Of a stretch of DNA of 64,000 nt, positions 10,855 to 23,200 are shown piece after piece. Source of the DNA: Schizosaccharomyces osmophilus (Eukaryota); contig NC_079238.1 in the NCBI RefSeq assembly GCF_027921745.1, positions 1,798,001 to 1,862,000 of the forward strand, written 5' to 3'. The notes below the pieces were generated by a model. The model was given only the letters and a program-made list of their open reading frames with translations. It ran no database searches and was not told the origin of the DNA. A program made the translations under genes and the position numbers. Position 1 is the first letter of the stretch. Each line of letters begins with the position of its first letter.

Positions 10855-12657
10855 ATGGAAAAAAAAATGTTCTCTAGTAAGACTTACGAAAATGTGTCCA
10901 CGAAAGAATCAATGAAATGTTCGGTATTCCAGAAAGCGAGGCGACGGAAATGGCAATGGCAATGAAAGATGCGCGCTATGTGCAAGCGATGAAACAGCAG
11001 CAAAAAAAAAGCGACGCAAAAGGAGCTGCTATAGTTCCAAGAAAGAAGTCTGCCAAGTAGAACACCAAGGAATGTCATTGCTGAGTGTCACAGCAATTTG
11101 CCTTTACAAACATATTGCTTTTTGTAAACGCAAACCTTGCGTATCACTCAACAATGACATTACCCTTCCTCCACCACCACCTCCTCTTCAGGCTAAAATC
11201 TGCTATTTGATTGAGCGTTGAATTGAGCTTTACTACAGACATACGTTTCGAAGCGATCAAGCAGGACGGGCTTGACTACCAAGGAGTTGATGCCAATCCC
11301 AATTCGTCATTGCTCTTGTTTGCGTCGTAGTTGGCCACCTGATTCTCCTTGTTTGTAGGTTTCTTTTTCACCATCTTTTTTTGGCTCTCTTTCATGCCTG
11401 CGTTTCCCTTCTTTTCTTTGTTGTTTTCCTTATTTTTAATGCCCTCCCTGTCCTTTGTTTATTTACTAACGAACCGCAAGCAGTCGCATAGAAGCATTTC
11501 GACGATGACGAATGTGTGTCCTCTTGTTACGCCGGAAAAACAATACGTCGCTTCATCACCATATCATATCTCTCGAGCAACTATCCCCGTTTCTATGCAT
11601 CCATTCTTTTCTCCGGCCCTTCCAGGGATAAACATACCTTTGTTACCTCTCCAAAGCTGGTCTTGAGCCGTGCTCGTCCGTCTTGAGCTAGCTTAAATTG
11701 TTTGTTGAGCTTTATGTTGCTGCTGTCCGTTTCTTTGCTTGCCGCACTCTCTTTCCTTCATGTAGTACTGATCCACGGAGCCACCCATGGACCACTGCTC
11801 GGTATCTGATACCTCCTTGTCGTCCGTCCGTCCGTCCGTCCGTCTCGGGCATCTCTTCGCTTCCAGCAATCGCGGTAAAGGGAAATTTTCCAGCGCACCA
11901 TACGACGACTCGTCTCTTCTGGCCCTTTCGATTCCCTTCTTTTGACTTCTTTGTCGCCCGTCCCGCTGGAACACTTTTTTTTTTCCGGTCGCTCCTTCTA
12001 TATAGGTAAGAGATCGTCAGAAATGAGATTTCCCTTTTTTCATTTTCTTTCTTTCATTTTCTTGTAGTTGTATTCTAATTTTCTTTCATTTCAGTGCTTC
12101 TTTTCTTTCATTTTAAAACCATGTTCGCTTCCAACAATTTTTCATCTCGCTTTTGATAACCTTATTCATATCTCGACGTTTTGACATATCTAGCTCGCTC
12201 AAAAGTTCTCTTGCGAAGCAAGTGTCAAGAGACAAGCTTTCCTTTCTTTCTTTCTTTTTAGAAAACCACTTTTCAACTTTTGAATTGACGTTTCTGTAGA
12301 TCTCTCTGCATCCTGTTAATTTCATCCATCGTCCATTTGTTTCAAACAACCGGTTCATATCATCAAAGGTTTCATTCTGTTACACGTTTCATCACGTTTC
12401 AACCGAAACAAATACTTTCTTCGCCTGCTCTAAGGAACCGTTGAAGAGAATGCAATTCATTAAAACTAGTAAACCGTGAAAAAAGGAAAATTAAAAAAGC
12501 AAGCCAAACACTTGCAAATATACATAAATAATACAAATACATCAGTGAATTAAAAAAAGGGCCGAGTGCTCTTTCGTTGAAGCAAGTCGCGGAGAAAGTT
12601 ATATCGAAACGAAAATCATCACACGAAATCGCGAGCAAAGGAAGAAACCGTGGACAC

Positions 12658-14067
12658 TCAAAGTGACTTCCGCGGTGCATTCATCACATTCGGGCTTCGA
12701 CCCGGCGGCGCTGGACACAATACAAATCCAGCGGCATACGGAGAAGCGGCTACCGCAGGTGCTCTTTGTGCCGGGTATCCTAAAAGGTCAGATTCATTTT
12801 GGGATGGAACAGGTGTAGGAGGAAGGTAATTTCCACCTGGTGAATTATGACAAGGCCAATTCGCATCGGTTGCAAATAATGGCGCTGTAATGGGCACTTT
12901 GTATTCGGAAGGGGTAGCAGAGTTTGGCGTCAGTACCGGATAGGGAACAGGGAGTGTGGGTGTGTACGGTGACTTCCATTGATTTGGGAGATGAGGTGTA
13001 GGAGGCCAAGGAAGGCCAATGTGTGGATTCGAGGCATATGCCGAATTCACATAGCCATTCGATTCTTGCAAATTTCTAATTTCCTGCTGTTGTTGACGTT
13101 GGTAGGCAAGGTATTTTGACGAGACTAGGGGAGCTGGACGCATTCTTCGCGTAAACGTTTTACAATTACTGACTACCGTTGAAAGCTCCAATAAACCTAT
13201 CCTTGTTTTTGGGTTTCGATCAAATATGCGATTTAACAAGGAATTCAGTTCTCGACTTATCGGGAGAATGGTTAACAACGTCGACGGATTTTGCACGTAC
13301 GAACGATACGTGCCATCTGTTTGGGAACATGCACGTTTCCATGGATTTCTTTGGCAACACAGATTGATGAGTATAATGCCTAGCGCCCATACATCGTTCG
13401 GTGCCGTGCCAAACGCGGAGGAAGGTTTCTCAGATGACTCGTTCGTCAATGGTGTATAAACTTGATAGCCTACAGAGGAAAGCGCGTTTGGGTTGGACGA
13501 CTCACGCTGACATTCCGGAGACATGTAAAATAAACTGCCGCAACCATAGTCACTTGAGAGTTCATCTGTGGTTGCGAGACCAAAGTCGGCCAAGTAAACC
13601 GTACGCCCTTCATCGTCTACGAGGATATTTTCGGGCTTCAAATCACGATGGTAGATGCCAACGGAGTGGCAGTGTTGCACAGCGCTGATGAGCTGACTAA
13701 AGACGTGTTTTATCAACAAGTCATTGCCGCGGTATAGACTCTTCTCGGTGATGCAGGTAAATAGGTCGCCGTCAGGGCAGTATTGCAAAACCACATAGAT
13801 TGTATCTTCAGTGTCTAAGACACGGTATAAAGACAGAATATTAGGATGAGATTGTACGCGCGCATGTAAATATAGTTCTTTTGACTGTAACAGTTTTTGC
13901 TTTGCATCTAGGCCGTCTTTGCACAGGGCCTTGACTGCATACAGCGTACCATCGTAAAGATCTTCTGCTTTGTAAACGACACCATATGCACCAACGCCAA
14001 TGACAGAAATAAATTGCAAGGAATCATCCAATGTTTCACCTATGCGAGCTTCGGGAGCCGGAGGCAT
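12658..14067 (-). CDS. pat1: Ser/Thr kinase Pat1/Ran1, negative regulator of meiosis
   Basis: IGVGAYGVVYKA, HRDLKPEN, DFGLAT, GCGSLFYMSPEC, DVWALGIILINLCCQRNPWKRA; Pro-rich tail. Confidence 0.96.
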   Translation of the reverse strand: MPPAPEARIGETLDDSLQFISVIGVGAYGVVYKAEDLYDGTLYAVKALCKDGLDAKQKLLQSKELYLHARVQSHPNILSLYRVLDTEDTIYVVLQYCPDGDLFTCITEKSLYRGNDLLIKHVFSQLISAVQHCHSVGIYHRDLKPENILVDDEGRTVYLADFGLATTDELSSDYGCGSLFYMSPECQRESSNPNALSSVGYQVYTPLTNESSEKPSSAFGTAPNDVWALGIILINLCCQRNPWKRACSQTDGTYRSYVQNPSTLLTILPISRELNSLLNRIFDRNPKTRIGLLELSTVVSNCKTFTRRMRPAPLVSSKYLAYQRQQQQEIRNLQESNGYVNSAYASNPHIGLPWPPTPHLPNQWKSPYTPTLPVPYPVLTPNSATPSEYKVPITAPLFATDANWPCHNSPGGNYLPPTPVPSQNESDLLGYPAQRAPAVAASPYAAGFVLCPAPPGRSPNVMNAPRKSL

Positions 14068-15282
14068 ATTGAAGCGGTTAAAGACCGGGTTGAATCGGCC
14101 GTTGGAAAGAAAAGAGAAGGGAAGTTAGGCGAAATTCCGTGAAAGAATGTAATTGTGGATGACTAGAACGATTACAAGATGAGAGAATTAGCTAGACAAG
14201 GGTCAACGATAAAAGAGTTTAGGGATTGACTTGAAGTAGGATATAGGATGTTCATAAAGACAAGCAGAACGAAACAATAACACTTTTAAGAAAGGAATAG
14301 GAGAGAAAAAGGGAGAAAAACACAGAGAAGCGCTGGACAATGAGGGAGAAAAATAAATTACAAAATCAAAATCAAACTCAAATTTCAAGAACAGGTTTCC
14401 GGCCGAAATCGAGAAACGTTCGCGTAGCACAAAACTAGACTAGAATATGAATCGGAAAAGGAATTTCTTCAAGACACTGTTACAAGCAAGGATGATGCGA
14501 GAAAACTAATGCACGAAGAAAATTCAATGCGGATGAATCGGGGTCACAACTTTTTGATTTTTTCAAGAAGGAATGGCAACAAATGGAAACGAAAAAAAAA
14601 AGACGTTAAAAAGAGAAAATTGAAAAAGAAAAGAAAAACAAACACCAACGTTGAAAACCAATATAAATGAAGAGACGAAAAAAATCAAAAACTAGGAAAC
14701 GTAATGAAAAAGATAAAGCAAATGTATGAAAAAAAACCAGATGTTTTGGTGAAGGGGCGGGTTTTTATGGATGAATGGATGGAAAATCAGGTTAATTCGT
14801 GAATTTTGGGTCTTGGAAACGTCAATTGGAAATTTTCACCAAGAAAACGCGTAGCAAAACCCCGAAAAGAAAAAGGAGAAACGAAAAAAAGTCTTTCCAC
14901 TATACTACTACCGAAGAGAAAACAACGAAATCGTCTATAAATGAAACAACCCTCAGAAACACGCGCTCCCAAAAGAAAATAGAAAACCAATGCAGGAAAC
15001 GAAGGATGGGACCAATTCGTCAAGTGGTCGTCAACTCGGGTGGGTCAAGGAACTGTCTAAACTATACACCGCACTCGACGCGTGTGGAAAAAAAAGGGGA
15101 AGGAAACAAATGCTTGGAATGAATTATTGTTGAAATTGTATGTCAAAGGGAACGAATGGAAACTGAAAGGAAAATTCACAAGGAATGTCTATTGGAACAA
15201 GTGTCCTTTTTCTTTCTTCAATTTCAAATGTGCTAGAGGGATGAAAGGGAAGAATGTATGGTGTTGTAAATTCTGCTATAGA

Positions 15283-15327
15283 GAACAAAGAAGACCGTAC
15301 AACAAAGAAACCCTTGTGAACAAAGAA
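15283..15327 (-). promoter_or_regulatory. Cluster of three Ste11 TR boxes upstream of pat1
   Basis: AACAAAGAA (= TTCTTTGTT) at 15284, 15301 and 15319; two are full TTCTTTGTTC. Confidence 0.7.
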
Positions 15328-16593
15328 TTAGCAGAAATTCGGTTCCTATCTTTATCCTCGTTTTTAACGATCACCGTATTTCTCTTTAAACCATTCTTGG
15401 TTGGAATTCCTTCTCCAAAGGGTTGTTTGGTTTTCGTTTCGTTTCGTTTCTTTTCTTTTCTTTCCTACATATTTGTTTTTCTTTAACCATCTATCAGTCT
15501 TTCGACTATATTCAAGGTTCCGCTTCTTTCCTCCTACACCACTACCCAAGTGTTCCACCCTCCTCTCACTACACTTCTACCCACTACCTACTTGTATCCT
15601 TAGGATGTTGTTCCATTTGGACGTTTAGAGCCTTCGTATGCATTGTTTTCGATCAATTCTTTTAAACCCACCAATTCCATTCCTGCTGGAAACATAAAAC
15701 CACACTTCTCTTCACATTAACAATACCAACAAAGGAAATTACCTTTCTCTCGCGTCCTCTGTCCCATCCATCCATCCACTGTTTCTTGGTTTGTTTACTT
15801 TTTTGATTTGTTTACATGTTCCTCGAATTGTCACCTAAGAAACAATTCACGTACCAATCAAACTCCCTCTCCCCATCTCTTGCTCTTTTTTCTCCTTTGC
15901 CATTCGTCCTTCCTTTGAACCCTAAGATAGCGGAATTCGACTTCCTCCAATCGTACTTCCGTAATGTTCCTTATTTGGCATCACTGAAACCCAAAGAGAC
16001 CAACCGAATCCTTTCTTGACACCCGTCTTCCGCCTTTCGGATGTCTTCATTTTGACTCCCCCTCTCTGCTTTGAACGCTACGCGCCATTGAAATATGCAT
16101 AAATGGGGTTCTTTCCTAAGCTCCCTTGTCCTATTCTTTGCTCACTGCATTGACCGCTCCTAATCCTTTTGCACTGGAGCCTTTTGTTTTCTCTTTTTGT
16201 TTTTCATTTTCATTTCGTTCGTTCCTCTGCCATCTTAACAAGGGCTGTTGGTCGAAGCATTGGTTCCTATCCTCTTATAGACAGTTGGTAGAACTTGCAT
16301 TAGGTTGCATTTTTGAACGAAAGTTATCTGCTTTGGATTCGTCTTGTTGTAATCCTTAGTTACTTGAGGGTGTCTTTGTTGGGAAACCACAAAAAACAAG
16401 CATGGGGTATATTGCTTTTTAACGGTTTCAAGGCCTTGTGATTTTTCTTTGATATCGCAAAAAAGAAGGATTCGACTTTTTTGTTTCCTTCCCTTCTTCT
16501 TTTCTCTTTGTTTGTTTGTTTGTTTCTTTTCTCCTTGTTTTTTTGGACTTTTTCTTCTCTTGGTTACTTTTTAGTCGCTGTCGTTTTTACCTA

Positions 16594-17658
16594 ATGTCCG
16601 TCGTCAATCCCTTGTCCGCGCGTCGTTCGAAAGAATACAATCGCATCTTCAAGGGTGCCGCGGTCTTGACCACCTTTGCCGCTTTATACATCGTCACGTC
16701 TTCCAACGGTTCTACCACCGTCAAGGCAAAATCTTCCATCAAAGGTCTTTACAATTCCTCGGGCAACGATTGCTTCTTAAACAGTGTTCTTCAAGCTCTC
16801 GCCAGTCAATCTTCCTTGACCCAATTCCTTCAGCTTCGTGCTTCCTCTTCCACCTTGTATGCAGCCCTTCTTGAATTCCTCAAAAATCTCAATTCCGGTA
16901 GCTCGAAACCCACCTCTGCGAATTCTTTCCTCAATATTTTGGAGAAAATTACAAATAAAGTCATCTTGCGCTCGTTACAGCAAGACGCCCATGAATTTTT
17001 ACAATACCTTTTGGAAATCATCGAGTCCCAAGATTCTTCGTTGCCCTCTCCTTCCTCTCCTCCCTCCTCTGTCCGTATCCTCGGGTTTCCAGCCCAGCTT
17101 CCTTTCATCGGATTCATCCTTCAAACCGTTCAGTGCTCTTTTTGTTCCGCTAAAACTTCCACAAACTTTAAAAATACCATCTTGCAATTGAGCTTTCCCT
17201 ATGCCCATAATGCTTCTTCCGTTTCTTTATCCCAGCTTTTTGCTTCGAATGCATTCGAGCAAGTCGATGATTTCAAATGTGATGCTTGCTATCCCCATAC
17301 CAAGAAAACCACCTCTTGTTACCGTATGGTCCAATGGAAGCGTCCTCCTACCCTGCTTCAAATTCAACTAGAGCGGTCTTGTTACACTCCCTTAGGTCTT
17401 TCCCGAAACAACACCGCTGTTCATTACGAAAAGTCTTTTGTACTCCAAAATCGTTACCGTTACCATCTCCGCTCCGTCATCACCCATCACGGCGGTGCAA
17501 ATTCAGGTCATTACATTTGTTATCGCAAAAAGGACAATTGTTGGTGGAGTGCCAACGATACCATCATATCTAAATGCACTATCGAAAAAGTTTTGGATCA
17601 GCATCGACTGGCTTTTATGCTATTTTACGAAATGGAGTCCCCTTCTGAATTGGATTAA
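16594..17658 (+). CDS. ubp11: Ubiquitin-specific protease (USP family) with N-terminal membrane anchor
   Basis: ATG at 16594. Cys box GLYNSSGNDCFLNSVLQAL, QQDAHEF, His box HHGGANSGHY; hydrophobic N-terminal segment; syntenic position. Confidence 0.9.
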   Translation: MSVVNPLSARRSKEYNRIFKGAAVLTTFAALYIVTSSNGSTTVKAKSSIKGLYNSSGNDCFLNSVLQALASQSSLTQFLQLRASSSTLYAALLEFLKNLNSGSSKPTSANSFLNILEKITNKVILRSLQQDAHEFLQYLLEIIESQDSSLPSPSSPPSSVRILGFPAQLPFIGFILQTVQCSFCSAKTSTNFKNTILQLSFPYAHNASSVSLSQLFASNAFEQVDDFKCDACYPHTKKTTSCYRMVQWKRPPTLLQIQLERSCYTPLGLSRNNTAVHYEKSFVLQNRYRYHLRSVITHHGGANSGHYICYRKKDNCWWSANDTIISKCTIEKVLDQHRLAFMLFYEMESPSELD

Positions 17659-18277
17659 CTTATTCTTACCTTTTACTATTCTTCCGTCTCCCTTAATGAA
17701 AAAAGTTGGTTAAGCTTACTTCGTTACAAAAAATCTAATAGTCGGGTTGGTTTTTTGGTTCTATATATCTTAATATTGTTTCTTTCGACATCCTTTTCCC
17801 ATCCACCCACTGACAATTTCTTCTCTATTCCATAGTTCCTTCTATTTAATGATTTTGTTTTTATTCTTTCATTTTCTTTCCTTCATGTAACCACCGTATC
17901 TGTCCACAAAGCCGCAACTTTGGCTTTGAGATTTTCAAGCGGTCTGTTTTTGTTGGCTTGATAGAAGTGCTACATGGCCCAACTATCTGCGCCGTAATAT
18001 ACTTACTTGTCTCTATGACTTTCCTCTCGTAGCAGAAACGCCTGCCAGTATGTTTTCTTACCATCGTCCTCTAAACCTTTTATTATTTCATAGTATTACC
18101 CAAAAGCCAATTCGTTATTTTTTTATTGTCTACTCTTTTTGACTAATGTCAAGGACAACTGCCATAGATCAACAGCAATATTATGTTTCCCTTTATGTCC
18201 TTTGCTTCCCGTAACTCAAAAAAAAGTACAAGCTCAATTCTTCCTCATTATTTAGCCAAACGAAACGACATTTCGTT

Positions 18278-18524
18278 TTAACGGGCTTCAAACTGCACCA
18301 TTCTCTTGGTTCTCATTTTGTACATGACACGGTGGCCGCATTCACGACAACGGATTACCTCTTTCGCTTGAATGGTGTTTTTTGCACCGCAGTCTTTTAA
18401 TTAATTAGCAAATTACCATGATAATGGATATGTTTCACGTACCTGCACAAAGATAAATCATTGTTACTGGCCTAGGTGGATTGAAAGCGGCTCCACCGGC
18501 AGAAGGACCAAAAGCACCGTTCAT
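18278..18524 (-). CDS. rpc10: RNA polymerase I/II/III common subunit Rpc10 (Rpb12), 2 exons: 18524-18443, 18393-18278; 65 aa
   Basis: Manual translation: MNGAFGPSAGGAAFNPPRPVTMIYLCA|DCGAKNTIQAKEVIRCRECGHRVMYKMRTKRMVQFEAR. 49-nt intron GTACGT..CTAAT..AAG. Absent from the ORF track. Confidence 0.97.
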
Positions 18525-18925
18525 TATGTGTATATATGTATATTATAAACCCCAAAATAATCGTTCGTGAGCTTTTGCAGAAGAATTCCCTTTCCTCCGA
18601 CAAGGTGTGGTGGTAAACAGCAAAAAATTCATCGTCTAGGCAGTAGACCATTATTCTCTAGACTTTATAATATAATCCTAAACAGGTCATATAAATGAAG
18701 AAAGACTGAAAATCAATAAATAGGTAGTATTTTTTAAAAAAAAGAAAGTTATCATATAAAGAATTTAAGCCGTGTTAAAAGAGTGAGAATAACCTGAATG
18801 ATACGGTCTCCAAACGTTTACTTTCATCGTAAACAGTCTCCTGAAAGAAAGAAGAGAAAGGATTAAGCAAAAAGATAATACAAAAAAATTTTTCAACGAT
18901 TTCATCCAGCAATTTATTCCACTTT

Positions 18926-19966
18926 CTATCCGCTGGTATGGTTATTTAGCAGATATGAGAGAAGTCGTGAAACAACATTTACATTGATGCTATTTCCTAG
19001 TAAACGATACATGCTTTTTTCCGAAATTCCTAATTCCTTCCACTGAAATGATTCCGGAAACCCCATAATCCTTGCAATTTCCCTTGCAGTAAAGTATCGA
19101 AGTCTCAAAGACATCCTGTCCTTTTCAAATTGGTCTGCTATATTTTCATGATCCGAGGTTTGTATAACTGATCCGGATCCTTGTACTAATTGCGCATAAC
19201 CTCTAGTAAAACAACAACAATTAGTGCTCGTTGGTTTTACTATATCTAGTTGATGCCCATAACGAAACATAAGTTTATCAGCAAGAAAGTACGATTCAAG
19301 GCTAACTTGATTTTCCAAAAAATCATTTAAGCATTTCAATCCCTCATTTTTGTAACCGTCTTTGAATGAAGTCTTTCTGATATCGTCAAAGTTCCAGCTT
19401 ACTGATGAATCTTTCCTGGCCAGACCATACCATCGACAACGAGAATTGGGAATGTTAAGTTCCTTTGGCGTTACAATTCCTTCTATAAAGTTATAACCCA
19501 CCCTTTTTAGTACTTCGCGACAGCTGTGAGCAGTTAAACTATGTTCGAATCCTTGAACATTTTCAATCAAAATGTACTCCGGTGGACTACTTAATTTCGG
19601 AAGTTCATTTAGTAAATGAAGAAACGCGTGAGATCTTGGATCTTGCACATCCTGCTGTTTTCCAATGCGTGTAAACGGCTGACAACTCGGACTCATAGTC
19701 CATAAATCACACTTGTACTCATCTAAATCAGCCGCATCGAGCTTAGTAATGTCTATCTTCATTTATTAGTATAGCGAATAGAAATTGGATCGTACATGTT
19801 TAGCTCGATTTCCGAAATTGTGATTATACAACGTATTCGCAAGGGGATTGATATCAATCGCACAGACTACTTCGAACGATATGTTTGATGCCTTTAATGC
19901 ATAATGCATACCCCCAATTCCAGAATACAACTCCAAAACTCGTATAAATTGTGTCCCTTTTTCCAT
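18926..19966 (-). CDS. pmt1: Dnmt2-family tRNA (cytosine-38-C5) methyltransferase, 2 exons: 19966-19796, 19756-18926; 333 aa
   Basis: [31 protein letters not shown], Dnmt2 signature CFTRGY, LGNSINV. 39-nt intron GTACGA..CTAAT..AAG. Confidence 0.96.
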
Positions 19967-20201
19967 AGTTTTTCTGGTTGTAACTTAATATCGTTCGTTA
20001 GTGCATATTTGTTAAATTGTCTGACTGTTAAAATTTTATTGGGATTATGCTTCTTGTTTGAATGTGTATAAATGTAATAATATATGGACAAAACATATCA
20101 TTTTATTTACGAAAAATTAAAATTCTCACAAAAACCCCAAAATCGTCAAATCCCGTTTTTAAGTTGCTTATGAAATCTCTCATATAAAGAAGCTGATCTA
20201 A

Positions 20202-23200
20202 TCATCTTCTTTTTTTGCTTTTGTACATTTCCTCGATATTCTCAGGCTTGAAATAATGAGGACTAATTTCCAATAACCACTCTGGCTGGATCTGCATAAC
20301 TTGTCGACAGTACTCTTTACTCGTCAAGACAAGTTCATAATAAATAATAATTTTCGGTTTCTTTTCAACCATAGTAGAACTTGGATGAACATATACCGTT
20401 TGGTTGCTTTTAACAGTTCTATATGAATCACCTGTACGATCTAATCGTGCTGCATTAGAGAAATATCCAGCGGTTATCGCCTTTTGAATTGGCATCAGTG
20501 AGTCTGCAGAATTACTAGTCAATTCAATTTCAACACGACTGCAGAGGTTTGCGAGCTGATCTCGCACATCACGAGCTCTGCATAAACTTTTATACTGTAG
20601 AAAGTTTTCTCGTGACCACTGATAGGAAAAATCTGTATCTACCCATTCATTCCATATACGAAGCAAAGTTAAGTGATCACCACCTGGTTGTACAAAGTTC
20701 ATTCTAGATTTGTCAGCCTCCATGATACGATCTTTTGGTCGATAAAATAACGAAGCAGATTCACCCAACATAGCTATTATAGAAAGGACTTCTTCAACAC
20801 ATCCATAATTAGCGGATGATATCAACGATTTAGAAAGCATTGGGTCCGTAGGAAATTCTGCCATTTGTCTTCCCAGCTTTGTGAGTTCGCCTCGATTATT
20901 TAGAGCTCCGAGTGCATATAAAAGCTCCAATGATCGCATCAATGTTTCTGGAGGTGGTGAATCCATAAAATCAAAATCCAATAAATTATTGATTCCCAAT
21001 GACTTTAAAAGTAATACAATATTGGTTAAATTAGTTCTTTGGATTTCCGGAGACGTGACCATATCAAGCTCATTGTTGTAAGTCCAGCGAGTATAAAGAC
21101 GAAAACATTTACCGGGTCCAACTCGACCAGCACGTCCAGCACGCTGATCAGCAGATGCACGAGAGCAGGGAACAGAAACTAAGCTTTCCATTCCTGTTCT
21201 CGGATTATACACATTTTGCTTAACGAATCCGGAATCGATTACATAATTCACTCCATCAATAGTAATAGAAGTTTCTGCAATATTTGTAGCCAAAACAACC
21301 TTCCGTGCACCAGACGGTGTAGGCTCAAATATTTTCGCTTGCAACTCCGAGGGTAAATTAGCGTAAATTGGGCAAAGAATGATTTCAGGGATTCTCTTCC
21401 CTAAAATCTTACACAGTTCTTGAATGTTTTCAGACATAATTTCTATTTCATCTTGACCAGTCAAAAAGACTAATATATCGCCGGCCTGTTGAGTTGTATG
21501 AATCTGCAAAATTGTAGTTATAGCTGCTTGTATATAGTTTGCCTCTGGCTGAGGGGTATAATAAATATCAACAGGAAACCGCCGACCAGGAATATAAAAG
21601 ACAGGCGCCTCATCAAAATAGGAAGAAAACTTGGCTGCATCAATAGTAGCACTAGAAACCAGGACTTTTAGATCAGGGCGAAATCGAGCAATATCCTTCA
21701 CGAGACCAAATAGGATATCAGTGTGAAGTGTTCTTTCATGTGCTTCATCTATAATTATAACTGAGTAACTAGCAAGATCTGGCTCAGTCAGAAACTCTCG
21801 TAAAAGCATTCCATCAGTCAAATACTTTATTACCGTTTTTTCAGAAGTGTTATTTTCAAAACGAATGGTATATCCAACTTCTTGGCCCAATCGAACATCC
21901 ATTTCATTAGCTACACGAGCAGCAACAGACATAGCGGCTACGCGACGTGGCTGCGTACAGCAAATTTTCTTGTTGTTTTTGGTATATCCGGCATCATGTA
22001 GAAACTGCGGCAACTGGGTAGTCTTTCCTGAACCTGTCTCTGCTACTACCAACAAAACTTGGTAAGCTTCGATTGCCTTTAGCAAATCATCCTTGAATTT
22101 GTAAACAGGCAAAGATTTTCTGGACTCCTCCATTGAAATCGCCTTTATTTCGGCTGGTGAAAGTACAGGTGCAGATGCTTCGGCGCCTGACTCAGATTTA
22201 CCAGGCATGTTGGACTCTAAAAGAAAGTCGATCTTTTGTGAATCGTCAAAAACATAATCAAATTGTTTTTCTTGAGTGGGAGCTTTCATATTATCTTCAT
22301 ATACGAGAGCTTTTGAGATTTGTTGAGACTCCCATTGGGCTTGTTCGGCAGCACCAAAGGGGGTAGCAGGCTGACGCTCGTCGTTAGCATCCGTGTAGCG
22401 TTGGTGCAAGACAGCCTCTTTTCGCCTTCTATCTAATTTCCCTTGTTCAGTGAAGTAATCTTCGGGCATCCGATATTCGGCAGCTTGCGCATTCAAGTTC
22501 ATGCGCTCTTCAGCAATCCTTAATAGCTCCTTTTTCTTTTCCAACTCAAAGATTTCTCGTTTTGTTAATTGTTCATCAGCAAATAAAAGTTCTTCATCTT
22601 GAATCTCTCTTCCCAAAAGCTCCAACTGCTGTTGTGCTCTTGGCTTCAAATAGTGCTGGCGAGACTTTTTACGTAGTTCCGCAGCCAGTCGTTCTCGAGA
22701 GTCTGGATCATCCGCAAGGTTTCTTAAAGCAACTTCTTCCGAAGAGAGCTTTGAAGAGTAATCTTCAACTAAATCTCGAGTTGAAGTCGTCAAGTCTCTT
22801 TGCCTTAATCGCTCCTCAAACTCTTCTCTCTCTCTCAAGTCATGCATTCGTTCATCTTCCTCATTATTTTTGATAGTAAAATTAGCTTCAGGTGATTGCT
22901 TTTTTTCAGATAGCTTCTCCTCCTGGTTGGTTGCAGTATTCGAGATTTCTTCTTCCTCTTCATACTCATCACTTTGCCATTCGTCATCATCATGCTTGCG
23001 TCTTAATATATCCCGTTTATGCTCCTTGCGTCTTTCCTTACGCTTCTTCGAGTCCGAAGGCGGTAACCTGCTCGACCGCTCTGCTTGTTGAGGCTCTAAT
23101 AGCAGTTCGTACTTTGCATTCTGATTCTCCATTTGCAGAATCTCTCTCTGTCGCTTTTTTCTGTAATTGTATGCGTCGTCTGATGTCTTTCCTTTATTTT

